This document shows, in pieces, positions 34,167 through 46,583 of a stretch of 50,470 bases of DNA; the first letter of the stretch is position 1, and every line of letters begins with the position of its first letter. The position numbers and the translations under genes were made by a program. The stretch comes from Octopus bimaculoides. Its lineage: Eukaryota. The stretch is taken from contig NC_068990.1 of assembly GCF_001194135.2 (NCBI RefSeq), positions 76,845,665-76,896,134 on the forward strand. The letters are read 5' to 3'. A model generated the notes under the pieces. That model did no database searches. It was not told the origin of the DNA and was given only the letters and a program-made list of their open reading frames with translations.

Positions 34167-35847
34167 CTAAATAATATTCGAAAAGAAAATAATAAATTAA
34201 GAGTTTATAGAACTATATTTGATATAATACGTATCTAAATTAATAAAATTAATTTAAGATGACAGTTGAGAACGTGTTACAAATTAAATAGATATTCGTC
34301 TTCGATTAATGTGTTTATCTTTTCACGGTATACATAATGCAGAAGAAAATTTCTGAGTCGGCCCTCTTCTTCTGTGACCAGATTTAATGAATATTAGCTA
34401 TTAAGCCTATTTTTATCGTATTGAAATGTTAGCAGTCACTCAACTATTGTGTCTCACGTAACAACATCGCAGTATTTACTACTAAAAAAAAAAAAATGAT
34501 AGTTTCAAATCAAGGCGAGCAATTTTAGTAGGAAAATTTAAGTCGATTGCATCGAGCCAAATGCTCAATAATATTTATTTTATTGATTCTGAAAAGATTA
34601 AAGACAAAGTCGACCATGGCGTAATTTGAACTCAGAACGTAAGGATGAACGAAATGCGGTTAAGTATTTTATCTAGCAACCTAACGATGCTGCTAGCTCG
34701 CCGCCTTAACGATAGTAATAGTTGTATTTATACTGATAGGAAACGAGGTAAAGACGTTGTAATTCTTCGTTTAGCAATAGAACAGCTTCTCTGCTTTCCA
34801 AAAAGCTAAAAGTGAAACATTGAGAGTTCGTAGCTTTTTGAAAGTGTTGAGGTGATGGGTGGTTATTTGGGAAGGAGATTTTAGTGTTTCTTTAAGAAGA
34901 AAGGAAGAGGAAAAATTCTTAAAGATTCGTATTTTCTGTTTTTTCTCCGTTGATTACTAATAAAAAAAAATTTGGAAAAAAGTAAAAAAGAAATTGAGGT
35001 GGTTAGGGAGAAAATTAAAATATTGAGGAAGTATTTTTTGGGCGAAATCATCATCTCCTGTAACCGAAAACATAAGAATCGTAAGAAATTTAGGAAGAAA
35101 ATAAGGATGGCGCTCAAATATCACCTCAGACATGCTAGAAATAACAGGTAAAGGATAATAACAGGTAAAAGGATAAGGTCGAGTTTGCCTTTTATCTTTT
35201 CGGGGTCGATAAAAGGAGTACCAGTTGAATACTGGTATTGATGTAATCGACTTAACCCCTCTCCCCCAAGACTACTGGCCTTGTGCCAAAATTTGAAATC
35301 AATATTTAGTACGCTTGTACTAGCCTTGGCGGTAGGTATTCTAAAATTGGAATAATGCAGAGAAGATTAGTATGGCTCCTGTATAAGGAAGCGTCCCATA
35401 TTTTAAAGAAGACGGTGTGCTGGTAGGATCGTTAGGATGTCGGACAAAATACCTTGCAACATTTCGTCCATTTTTACGCTCTGAGTTCAAATTCCGTCGT
35501 GGTCGATTTTGCTTTTCTTCCTTTCGTGGTCGATAAAATAAGTGTCAGCTGAGCGCTAGGATCGGTGTAATCGACTTATCGCTCCCTCAAAATTGCTAGC
35601 CTTGTTCCAAAATTTGAAACCATATTTAATACGTTCCGGATACCTTCTGAATCAAAACCTCGACGAATCTCAGCGATTTTGTCTTCCTGTTTTTGAAAGG
35701 AGGAGGGTAACGATTTTGGTTTTCCTCGAAATTCAGGTACAGGAGTCGACTCACTCATTTATAACTACCGTTCATAATCATTCATGACTTTGTACTTATA
35801 TCAAAAATTATTGATCGAGAAATTTAAAATGAGATCTAAAAACTTAC

Positions 35848-35926
35848 CTCGTCCTAGTTTGCTTCTGCGCATTACAGTCTGATGAACAATTTGACCAAGG
35901 AGACCATTCGGACCAGTAAGAGGCAT
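35848..35926 (-). CDS. Mucin/SCO-spondin-like protein, TSP1 N-half exon
   Basis: tgttatcttacAG|AT GCC...AGG ACG AG|GTAAGT (79 nt, phase 1-2): ASYWSEWSPWSNCSSDCNAQKQTRT-R. Confidence 0.92.
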
Positions 35927-36964
35927 CTGTAAGATAACATTTGTATATAAATCTAGATTCATATATTTTGTCCATGTGTACGTATACATATATCAGCGCG
36001 CGCGCGTGCACACATACATAATCAAAGTAGTCATAATGCTGTTTTTAAGGCTATCACTGTGAAATTAAAAAGGTTTAAATAATATTGTTATTCCTTTCGT
36101 TAACAGAAATATAAAGACGATTGTCCGTATATATTTTATGAGCATTTATAATAGGACCATTGCCCACTAATTCTCACGACGAGTACTGATAATAAATCGT
36201 TATTTAAGTTACACACAAACTCGAAATTAACTGAAATGGTTAGATTATTTGCATACCGTGTAGGTTAGCGCAAGAGTTATTCATATTAACAGTTACATTA
36301 TCAGCAACACAATAATCATAACAATAACAACAACAATAATAATGGTTTCAAATTTTTCCACAAGGACAGCCATTTTAGGGCAGGAGATAAGTCGAATGCA
36401 TCGATCCCATTGTTTCACTGGCATTTAAATTATCGACCCCGAAAGGATGAAAGGCAAAGTCCACCACGGCAGAATTTGAACTCAGAACGTAAGGGCGGAT
36501 GAAATGCCGCTAAGCATTTTTGCCCGGTGTGCTAACGATTCTGCCAGTATGCCGCATTTCTCATACTAATCCTTTCTACTATAGGGACAAAGCCTGAAAT
36601 TTGTGGGAGGGGGTTAGTAGATTACATCGATCCCAGCACTCAACTGATACTATTTTTTCGACCCCGAAAGGATGACAGGCAAAGTCGACCCCAGTGGAAT
36701 TTGAACTCAAAACGTGAAAAGGGACGAAATACCTATTTCTTTACTGCCCACAAGGGGCTACACACAGAGGGGACAAACAAGGACAGACAAACGGATTAAG
36801 TCGATTATATCGACCCCAGTGCGTAACTGGTACTTAATTTATCGACCCCGAAAGGATGAAAGGCAAAGTCGACCTCGGCGGAATTTGAACTCAGAACGCA
36901 GTGGCAGACGAAATACCAATAAGCATTTCACCCGACGTGCTAACGTTCCTGCCAGCTCGCCGCC

Positions 36965-37430
36965 TTGTCTTGGTATAAAAGATGGATCAGAGTAAATATT
37001 CTGCTGAATACAACAGATTTGCTTGTCAATTGCATTACTTTAGTTGAGCATATACCTTAGTGGCTGACAATATGTGCATCTCTGATCACGAGTAAGAGTA
37101 ATGAGGGAACAACATAGCCATGTGTTGAGGGGGGATTCTTAGCAGTTTGAATAGTTCACCCATGGAAACATTGATGCTGTGTTCATCATTACTAAGCAAT
37201 CCTTATTCGGGGACATTTTGAACGGGATTGGTCATTCGACCTGAAGAAAATTCTAACTGGGCCCTACTGCAAAGTCATGTGCTGTTTATCTTGATATAAG
37301 ATCACCATGTCGCGCATATATAGTTGTTATGCATGTTCCTGGTGTACCCTTATCAGACTGGTTGTCATAACGAGAATGTTGGGCTTCGTATATTCGTACT
37401 CAGAATCACTTTGATAGCGTGTGCTGCTCT
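36965..37430. mobile_element. Unclassified interspersed repeat (family D)
   Basis: Diverged reverse complement at 46705-47130 and a partial copy at ~50000-50075. Confidence 0.7.
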
Positions 37431-37773
37431 CTCACTCAATAACAACAACAACAACAGCAGCAACAACAAAAACAACAATAATAATGGTTTCAAATTTTGG
37501 TACAAGGCCAGCAATTTTGAGGGAGGGAGCAGGTTGATTACATCGACCCAGTACTCAATTGGTACGTACTTTTTACTTTATTGACCCCGAAAGGATGAAA
37601 AGCAAAGTCGACGTTGGCGGGATTTGAACTAAGAACTTAAAGACGTACGAAATGCCACTAATCATTAAGGCTCGTAATAATGATGGTGATAATAATATTG
37701 ATGATAATGCCATTCATATTGATCTAGACGAGAGAAATAATGCATTATGTCTACGATATAGAAGACAGAAATT

Positions 37774-38268
37774 GGTAAGACAGAAATTACGTCACAGAAT
37801 TTGTTAAGGAAGTCTTCATTCTCACGTTGTATTTCTAGGCATTTTCGGCAGCATAAATTACATGCTAGTCAATTTCCTTCATAATGATAGACCATAGATA
37901 AGAAGACATGTAGCTTTAGAATACCCATTCACCGCCATCTGAAGGACCATTGTCTCCTTTAAAACATATATACGTGTATAGTTACTACCACACACTATAA
38001 CTCCAGCTGAATATATATAGGATCAAAGATCAACATGTTAGCTCTTTCTCTAATACTAAGTGAAGATCTACTTCTGTGACTGTTTATATATACTACCTCA
38101 AAGCGAACGATATATTCAATGATATCGCTTGACTTATCATTATGACGGAAATACTGTACTATGGAAGTTGACTAGCATGTAATTTATGCTGCCGAAAATC
38201 CCTAGAAATACTACGTGAGAATGAAGACTTCCTTAACAAATTCTGTGATGTAATTAATTTCTGTTGCC
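37774..38268. mobile_element. MITE with ~100-bp imperfect TIRs starting GG
   Basis: GG..ACAGAAATTACGTCACAGAATTTGTTAAGGAAGTCTTCATTCTCACG...GCTAGTCAA versus reverse complement at 38165-38268; no clear TSD. Confidence 0.8.
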
Positions 38269-39373
38269 ATAAATTTTGTAAATCTTTTTCTTATCTGTTC
38301 AGAACGACCCAGATAAGCCTTAGTGTTTATATTTTTTCTTTCATCCCTTCTTACCCTTTGTTTCTTTGCTTCCCCCCTTGCTTCTGTTTTATTCTTGTCT
38401 ACATAGCTTCGCTACCATTATGACATCTCTTCGTTCGAACTGTATCTTGAAATATATTATACTTAAACTCTGCTTTCAAACCCGAACGAACTCTTGTTTA
38501 TCTCTCTCACACACCTTTTCCCCTTCTTTTCTTTACCTCTGTTTAGTAGTTCACCATCATAGTCTTTACTCTACTACTCCATTTCTATACGGGACACTTA
38601 TACTAGACGTCACAGCTACTATATCATACTGCTGATCCTTATAATCTGACAGGTCTTATTTATATTTTTGTTTACATTACCCATCTTTCTCATCATTCAG
38701 CTTTATAATTCCTGTTTAGAGATAATGGATATATCGCACCGACTGACTGACACTCTCACCAGTCCTATCTTATCTTTTTTCCCTTTATTTCCCACTGTTT
38801 CTTTGCTCTCTCTCTCTCTCCATTATCCCTTGGTCACTTGATATTTCTTCCCTCCTCTAAAACCTATCCGCTTCTAGCTACACTTTCGGTCGCCTTATTA
38901 ATACACTCTTCATGTTTTCTTGTCCATCCGGCCTACCTACTTCTCTACCTCTCACTACATCCACACTATTATTTCTTTGTCTCTGTTCAATTTGTTGAGC
39001 ATAATAATTTTTTATAAACTTTTGTCTTATGAATTCGCCATTAGCCTTCTGATGAATATGAATTGGCCTCAAGGAAATACTCAGCTATAATGATTCGCGC
39101 TAACCGATACGACCGTTGCTTTTATATTCATTAATGATATTTCCTCAATATTAAATCTGTCTCATAATATACATTATTATATCAACCATTCTCTAATCAT
39201 TTGAAACAGGTGAAAAGACAAGACCTAAATGTAAATTGTAAATACAATTCTCATATAAATACATTTCATACACCTGTAATTGTATGTTCATCATTATATA
39301 TAAGACAAATAGCTGACTTTTTCCCAATCATAAAGATAAAGTGGAAAATGACATTATTTAAATGTATACTTAC

Positions 39374-39488
39374 TACATCCCATTACATCAACCTTTAGGT
39401 TTATACTGTTCCAGGTCTGTGGAACAATTTTCAGTTTTGTGGTTCGTATCGCAGGTTTTAGATAAATTTTACCAGGTGAGTTTTTCAA
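39374..39488 (-). CDS. Mucin/SCO-spondin-like protein, exon encoding the C-terminal strands of a discoidin/F5-8C-like module
   Basis: gtatttttatttcAG|TTG AAA...GGA TGT A|GTAAGT (115 nt, phase 0-1): LKNSPGKIYLKPAIRTTKLKIVPQTWNSINLKVDVMGC, fitting the F5/8C end pattern P.I.A..I.I.P..W...I.L..E..GC. Confidence 0.85.
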
Positions 39489-41623
39489 CTGAAATAAAAA
39501 TACAGATGTTCTCTATTAATTTATAACGCAAGGATTTCTCTGCACAAGACCTGAAATGTATCAGCAATCTACACCAATCTATATACTGTTTCATAAGTCA
39601 ATAAATAAATATACATATATGCATGTGTGTTTATCTCCGAAAGACTCTCAATAACAACACAACTAACATTTTATATAATAAATGTAAAATAATTACTTCA
39701 TTAAAACAAAGAACAACCCTCTGTAATATAAAACCCCCAAAGCACCAATACATAAGACCATTATTGATACAACAACACACAAATCAACATCTTTTATATT
39801 TTCATAAATTACACTTTCCACATCTCATACTACATATCCTGTCTGGATATTTTGTTTTCCCTTTTTTGTACCACCTAACTGTCTGGATGTTTTGCGTTTT
39901 GTGCCATTTTTGTATTTTATNNNNNNNNNNNNNNNNNNNNNNNNNNNNNNNNNNNNNNNNNNNNNNNNNNNNNNNNNNNNNNNNNNNNNNNNNNNNNNNN
40001 NNNNNNNNNNNNNNNNNNNNNNNNNNNNNNNNNNNNNNNNNNNNNNNNNNNNNNNNNNNNNNNNNNNNNNNNNNNNNNNNNNNNNNNNNNNNNNNNNNNN
40101 NNNNNNNNNNNNNNNNNNNNNNNNNNNNNNNNNNNNNNNNNNNNNNNNNNNNNNNNNNNNNNNNNNNNNNNNNNNNNNNNNNNNNNNNNNNNNNNNNNNN
40201 NNNNNNNNNNNNNNNNNNNNNNNNNNNNNNNNNNNNNNNNNNNNNNNNNNNNNNNNNNNNNNNNNNNNNNNNNNNNNNNNNNNNNNNNNNNNNNNNNNNN
40301 NNNNNNNNNNNNNNNNNNNNNNNNNNNNNNNNNNNNNNNNNNNNNNNNNNNNNNNNNNNNNNNNNNNNNNNNNNNNNNNNNNNNNNNNNNNNNNNNNNNN
40401 NNNNNNNNNNNNNNNNNNNNNNNNNNNNNNNNNNNNNNNNNNNNNNNNNNNNNNNNNNNNNNNNNNNNNNNNNNNNNNNNNNNNNNNNNNNNNNNNNNNN
40501 NNNNNNNNNNNNNNNNNNNNNNNNNNNNNNNNNNNNNNNNNNNNNNNNNNNNNNNNNNNNNNNNNNNNNNNNNNNNNNNNNNNNNNNNNNNNNNNNNNNN
40601 NNNNNNNNNNNNNNNNNNNNNNNNNNNNNNNNNNNNNNNNNNNNNNNNNNNNNNNNNNNNNNNNNNNNNNNNNNNNNNNNNNNNNNNNNNNNNNNNNNNN
40701 NNNNNNNNNNNNNNNNNNNNNNNNNNNNNNNNNNNNNNNNNNNNNNNNNNNNNNNNNNNNNNNNNNNNNNNNNNNNNNNNNNNNNNNNNNNNNNNNNNNN
40801 NNNNNNNNNNNNNNNNNNNNNNNNNNNNNNNNNNNNNNNNNNNNNNNNNNNNNNATAAAGCTGATCTTCACAAACACCTGTTATTGTTAACAAGAAAAAT
40901 AACAAAAAAAAAAAATAATAGTTTCAAATTTTGGCACAAAACCAGCAATTTTGAAGGAGTGCTCAACCGGTACTTATTTTATCGACCGCAAAATGGATAA
41001 ATAGTAAGTTAACCTCGGTGGAATTTGAACTTAGAACGTAAAGATGGAGGGCATGACACGAAGAATACAAGGGCCAGATAATATTTAGAACAATACGTAG
41101 ACAAAGGAACAGAATGAATTTACGTACTCGCGTAAACAACAAACAGCAACGATTAAGAAAATTCTCCAGCCCCGACTGCAAAGGGCACCACAGACGGGTG
41201 GCACCCCTCTCCCATCTTTTCTTTCCATCGTACAGGTGCACTTAATCAAGCCATTCTTGGCTCATTTATCCAACAAATTTACTGGTTGGTTGCAGCATCT
41301 CTTCTACTCTTTTACTCTTTTACTTGTTTCAGTCATTTGACTGCGGCCATTCTGGAGGACCGCCTTTAGTCGAGCAAATCGACCCCAGGACTTATTCTTT
41401 GGAAGTCTAGAAATTATTCTATCCGTCTCTTTTGCCGAACCGCTAAGTTACGGAGACGTAAACACACCAGCATCGGTTGTCAAGCGATGATGGGGGAACA
41501 AACACACACACACAAACACATACACACACACACACACATACATATATATATACATATATACGACGGGCTTCTTTCAGTTTCNNNNNNNNNNNNNNNNNNN
41601 NNNNNNNNNNNNNNNNNNNNNNN

Positions 41624-43060
41624 AGCCACTCGTTCACCTTTTTTAAATGGAACTTTCAAAAAAATTGATAGGAGCTTGGCCAAAAGAGGAAAGTGTCTCT
41701 CTTCAGACCTTTCAGTCTTGTCCACTGCACAACCACTTACGCTACTGCTACCAGGTTGAGGCAAACTGCCCGCTCTTCGCTGCCAAAGGAAGACAATGGC
41801 TGATCTTCACGATGGAGTTCGCGCAGAACACATTCGTCGCTCTTACTCGTCACTAAATCACTATAGAACAATATGGTCGATGTTCCACTGATCAGATTGC
41901 CTGACTGGTAGAGGGTTGTGAGTGCTTGATGACACTTTGGGTGCCAGGCACCCTGACTCAGTCTGTGCATGACCTAGGATTTCAGCTCTGTCAAAGAGAC
42001 AAACTATAGAAAAGCGAATTTTACAAAGTGAAGGTTAGTGCCATCTGGCAAATTTATAAAGTCCAAGTGTGCTTCTAGACTTTCTTGATCCACATGCACC
42101 CACAGCACCATGCCTGTCCCGACCAGTTCTGCTTCTACAATTTCTTTTTTTAAAGGTAAAAGTGGAATGCTTTCTTATTTTCTCCTCTGTAGAATATCTC
42201 ACCTCTACATTGCCATATCGCTTGCAATGTATGTTTTCGCATCCCATACTGGTCGTAAACACTTTTCAATTTGTTGCTGTGTCGCCCGTTCTAGTTTACA
42301 CATTTTTATCCCTATTGTTTTGCATATTATTTTCTTTCTGAGTGTGTCTTCTACAATGTTTTCAGGGGTGTTAAGCGTAAGCTCTCTTCATTTTCTTTTT
42401 AACATGCGTCTTGCATTTTTAAAATCATCTATTGGCAGCTTTAGATTTTCTTGTGTTTGACGCACTGTAGCTGCGAAACCGTTAACGCTTGCTTTATGAT
42501 TTTTGCCGTTTTCAGCGATTGTGTTGGCGTTGATGGTGGTAGTTGCAGAGGCGGTGGTTAAATTTTCACTTATGTTTGTAGAATGTGGTTTTTCTTTCTC
42601 CTGTTTTTTCTTGTTCGTTGTTGTTGCATTAGTCGGCGTTTGTGATGGCGGCGGCGGTACTGGTGCTGTTGTTTTAACATGTTTCTTCTATGTTTTTTTG
42701 TTGTTGTCGGTGTTGATGATGATGATTCTGTTGCTGTTGATATTGTCTACGGCTACTACTCCTTTCCATGATTTGACGGCGGAAGACAATTTCGTCTTCG
42801 AAACTACTTCCCACCATCTTCTCTTCTTCTTTTGGCGAGGAAGACTCCGCCAAATTAAGTTTCAAATAGATATTCCAAAAACAAAGTAATTCTTTGTGAA
42901 ATTCCGTCCCTTAGGGCTGATAACAATATCTTTTGCTCAGACCCCTATGGACTGCTCAAAACATGACACACGATACAGCAAAGGCGGAAACAAAAGAAAT
43001 TTATAACAATGAAAATAGGTGAATAACTCACAGAACGTTCACGACACGTCTAGTCTTAGG
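41624..43060 (-). mobile_element. Probable decayed LINE 5' region/ORF1 (L1/Tx1-like)
   Basis: Frameshifted low-complexity N-terminus, GFAATVRQ, LTLNTP, RYGNVEVRYSTEE, VHVDQESLEAHL...LPDGT segments; multiple stops; no splice-compatible exon. Confidence 0.4.
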
Positions 43061-43779
43061 GACAATCAGTTAAATTGATCCGAGTATTTCAATGACAATT
43101 ATCGACCTCGGAGGGATAAAAGGAAAATATGAATCCGACAGCATTTGAACCCAGAACGAAAAGAAGCAGAGGAAATAATTCCTTCTACTATAGGCACAAG
43201 GCCTGGAATTTGCGGTGAGGAGTTAAGTCAATTACATCGACCTCAGTGCTCAATTGGTAACTTATTCCATCGACCCCGAAAGGATGAAAGGCAAAGTCAA
43301 CCTCGACGGAATTAGAACTGAGAACGTAAACACGGACGAAATACTGCTAAATATTTTACCCGGCGTGCTAACGATTCTGCCACCTCACCGCCTTAGAGGA
43401 AATAATGCTAAGCATTTTCCAGATGTTCTAACAATTCTGTCAGCTCCCCACTTTAATTCTCTCTAATTTAAGTACATAGATGCCAGTTTTGAGGAATCGA
43501 ATGGCAACTTATTTTATCGACCCCGAAAGGGCGAAAGGCAATAGCTGAATATATAGCGTCGACAAAAATTGCTTTGTAGTATTGCAGTATTTCTTCTGGC
43601 ACATTCGTTGGCAGATCAAATTCTGCCGAGGTTAAACTTGCTCTTCATTACTCTGTACCAGTCAAGTATTGGCGTCGATTGCATCGACTAACATTGAAAC
43701 TTGCTGGCCTTGTGTCTCTATTAGAAAACATCGTATTGAAGAGTTTTGACGTTTTCCCACATATAAGCTTATTTAAGAA

Positions 43780-44095
43780 GGCGCGTGGCTTAGTGGTTAG
43801 GGCATTTGGTTCACGTTCGTAAAATTGAGAGTTCGATTACCAGCGGTGCGTTGTGTCTTTGAGCAAGACATTTTATTTCTCGATGCTCCAGTTCACTCAA
43901 CTGTCAAAAGTGTGTAGTACTTGCATTCCATAGGACCGGCTTTGTAACATTCTGTGTCCCTCTGGCTCTCCCTGAGAATTACGTATACTGTATTCGTGTC
44001 TGTGGAGATTTAGTTACTTGCTTGCTAACTTCACAAGCAGACTGTTCTCTTGATTGGATCAACTGGAAAACCTATCGTCGTAAAGGACAGAAATC
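43780..44095 (+). mobile_element. Diverged CORE-like tRNA-SINE sharing the family C 3' half
   Basis: A box TGGCTTAGTGG, B box GTTCGATTACC, GCGTTGTGTCTTTGAGCAAGACA core; 3' part GTGTCTGTGGAG...GATCAACTGGAA matches 10770-10850. Confidence 0.7.
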
Positions 44096-44476
44096 CAAGC
44101 CAAGCTTGTTTAAAGTAGTATTCGAAGACGCAAAAATATTGGTTGGGCTGGGGTGTGGCGGGAGAAAACTCTCTACAGCAGCAAATATATACACTGATAA
44201 ATGCAACAGTTTCTTCAGGCATCAACAAAGAAGAAAGAAGAGTGATACGGAAATTCGGTCATCAAACGTAGGGTTTGAAAGCAAATAAATCACATAGCAA
44301 AAAAACAGAAGTTTACTTTAACACGATACGGAAAAGAAAACAAATAAATAGAACTGTCAATAAAATAGATAAAAAAACTAATAAAAGCGGAAATACTACA
44401 GTACTCAAGGGGATTGTCATGAACGGATGTGAATGAATTCATCCGGTCAATTTTGCGAGGTCGATACAATATATAC

Positions 44477-44655
44477 CAGACGAGCACTGGTAGTTATTTT
44501 ATTGCATTCAGTCTTAGCAGGAGACCACAAGTCACCTCCAGAACGCACAACATTTACTTGACTGCCAGTTTTCAAAGTCGATGGAATTATCTCATCATCT
44601 TTTAGATCGGTTATTCTGTCAACCAGGTCACATGGTGCCGAAGTTGTCGTAGGAA
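44477..44655 (-). CDS. Mucin/SCO-spondin-like protein, discoidin-like module start exon (copy 2); 3' end uncertain
   Basis: ttccttctacacAG|TT CCT ACG... VPTTTSAPCDLVDRITDLKDDEIIPSTLKTGSQVNVVRSGGDLWSPAKT. Candidate donors at exon ends 44558 (phase 0), 44536 (phase 1), 44477 (phase 0); in-frame TGA 44447-44449. Confidence 0.7.
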
Positions 44656-44862
44656 CTGTGTAGAAGGAATGCAGGAAATAGACAAATGCATATCCACAGA
44701 ATTATTAATACGTATCATTCAATGAATAATGACAGTTAAGTGATTTGAAAGATTTCGCAAAATGTCCAGAGATATTCATTGAATTTAGGCACGAAATGTC
44801 AGTGGGAAAAAAACAGGGACAGTTTTGTTAGAGAAACGAACAATAATATGGAATTCACATAC

Positions 44863-44950
44863 CTGTAACAGGTGTCGTTGTCGTAGATGCCACTGGTGTT
44901 GTTGGGGAAGAGGGTGTGGTTGGTTTAGTTGTTGCCTGTGTAGTTGTGGC
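44863..44950 (-). CDS. Mucin/SCO-spondin-like protein, Thr/Pro-rich exon 3' end
   Basis: ATTTQATTKPTTPSSPTTPVASTTTTPVT G|GTATGT, phase 1, compatible with the 44655 acceptor; 5' part in gap 44951-45050. Confidence 0.85.
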
Positions 44951-45050
44951 NNNNNNNNNNNNNNNNNNNNNNNNNNNNNNNNNNNNNNNNNNNNNNNNNN
45001 NNNNNNNNNNNNNNNNNNNNNNNNNNNNNNNNNNNNNNNNNNNNNNNNNN

Positions 45051-45132
45051 AAAGTCGATGGAATTATCTCATCATCTTTTAGATCGGCCATTGTGTCAAC
45101 TAGGTCACATGGTGCCAAAGTTGTCGTAGGAA
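45051..45132 (-). CDS. Mucin/SCO-spondin-like protein, discoidin-like module start exon (copy 1), runs into gap
   Basis: ttttcttctacacAG|TT CCT ACG... VPTTTLAPCDLVDTMADLKDDEIIPST; near-duplicate of the 44655 exon. Confidence 0.85.
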
Positions 45133-46074
45133 CTGTGTAGAAGAAAAGCAGAAAATACAAAATGCATTTAAATGGAATTATTGATACGTGTCATTCAATG
45201 AATATTGTTTTAAGTTATTTGAAAGATTTCGCAATATATGCAGATTATGATCATTGACTCTACGCTATCGATTCTCGAAAAATAAATTCCACAGAATATG
45301 AGCACTTGATTTAGATATATCAGTCATTGATATATCTCCAATTGAAAACCGTGGTAGGTGTGAACTTGCAATGAGACAATATTTCTTGCACGATTTTCGA
45401 AGAAAATTGCCTGTTTCATTCTATTTTCTTCACGTGTATTGTGTTGTTGTTATCTGCGTCTACCACATCGATCCAGTTTGATGCATTGAGTTGCCCTACA
45501 AGCCACATCTCGTATTATTTTTGCAGTGTTTTGCACCGAATCTACAACACGTACTCTAAAGTGAACCTGTTTCGTCTCTTTGATTATATGTTGTGGCTTA
45601 ACTAGTATTTCAATTGCATTTATAAATTATTCTCTTCACTTGTATTTAATTTTCTGATGTGTGTTTTTTTTTGTGTATTCGTTTCTGTTTGTGGTGTATT
45701 TCCTTTGTCACTCCTCTGTATGAGGAGTGACAAAGAGGATGACAATATATGCGTGAATAATCGGGATGGCAGAAAATAACGTTCACGAACTAACATAAAG
45801 CATTGCATTGACTTTTGGTGTACCATCGTGGAAAATATATGGGATGACGTTAAACTGAATCACCTTTACAACTGTCTTTTAACAGACTCCATTTTGTTAG
45901 AAGCTCAAGGCTCAGGTTTGCAGTCTGAAGTGAATATTTTGCTTTGCTAGCGTCTTTTCACCGAAAACTCGAATCATGATTTCTCCCTCTATGCTTTGCA
46001 GGTGAATTTCGGACCCCTCTTTAAATGGAGCTGTCCTTTCTCATCTTACAAAACCATATAAATGTCACGAACGC

Positions 46075-46105
<31 letters not shown>

Positions 46106-46527
46106 CATACATACATGCATACATACATACATTCATACATGCATGCATCATGCATACATACATACGTGCATACATACATGTTTGCGTGCATGCATACATA
46201 TATACATACGAGCATACATGCATACATACATACAGACACACGCATACATGCGTGTATACATACATTCATGCATAGATGCATGCATACATAATACGTACAT
46301 ACATACATGCGTACATACACACACAGACGCATATTTGTCCCGTTTCACCGCCATACATGTATTTGTTAGGTCTCATACAGTTCACCAAATGAACCTAGAT
46401 TCGCGGATCGCCATGTCACGATCCTCTCTGGAATTGATAGGCTCTATTTTTTTCATCAAACGATTTGTTATCATTATTATCATCGTCCTCGTTGTCACGA
46501 TAATTATTATCATGATAATGATCATGC

Positions 46528-46583
<56 letters not shown>

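Noticed and set aside
42400-42700. Thr/Pro-rich stretch as another mucin exon
   Set aside because: Bounded by in-frame stops, no suitable splice sites, and embedded in a probable LINE ORF1 remnant.
44290-44420. Transmembrane-like reading downstream of the discoidin-like exon
   Set aside because: Hydrophobicity follows from T-rich intronic composition, and it is separated from the exon frame by a stop.
45867-45930. Possible minus-strand exon (TANLSLELLTKWSLLKDSCK)
   Set aside because: AG/GT are present but there is no domain similarity; expected by chance.
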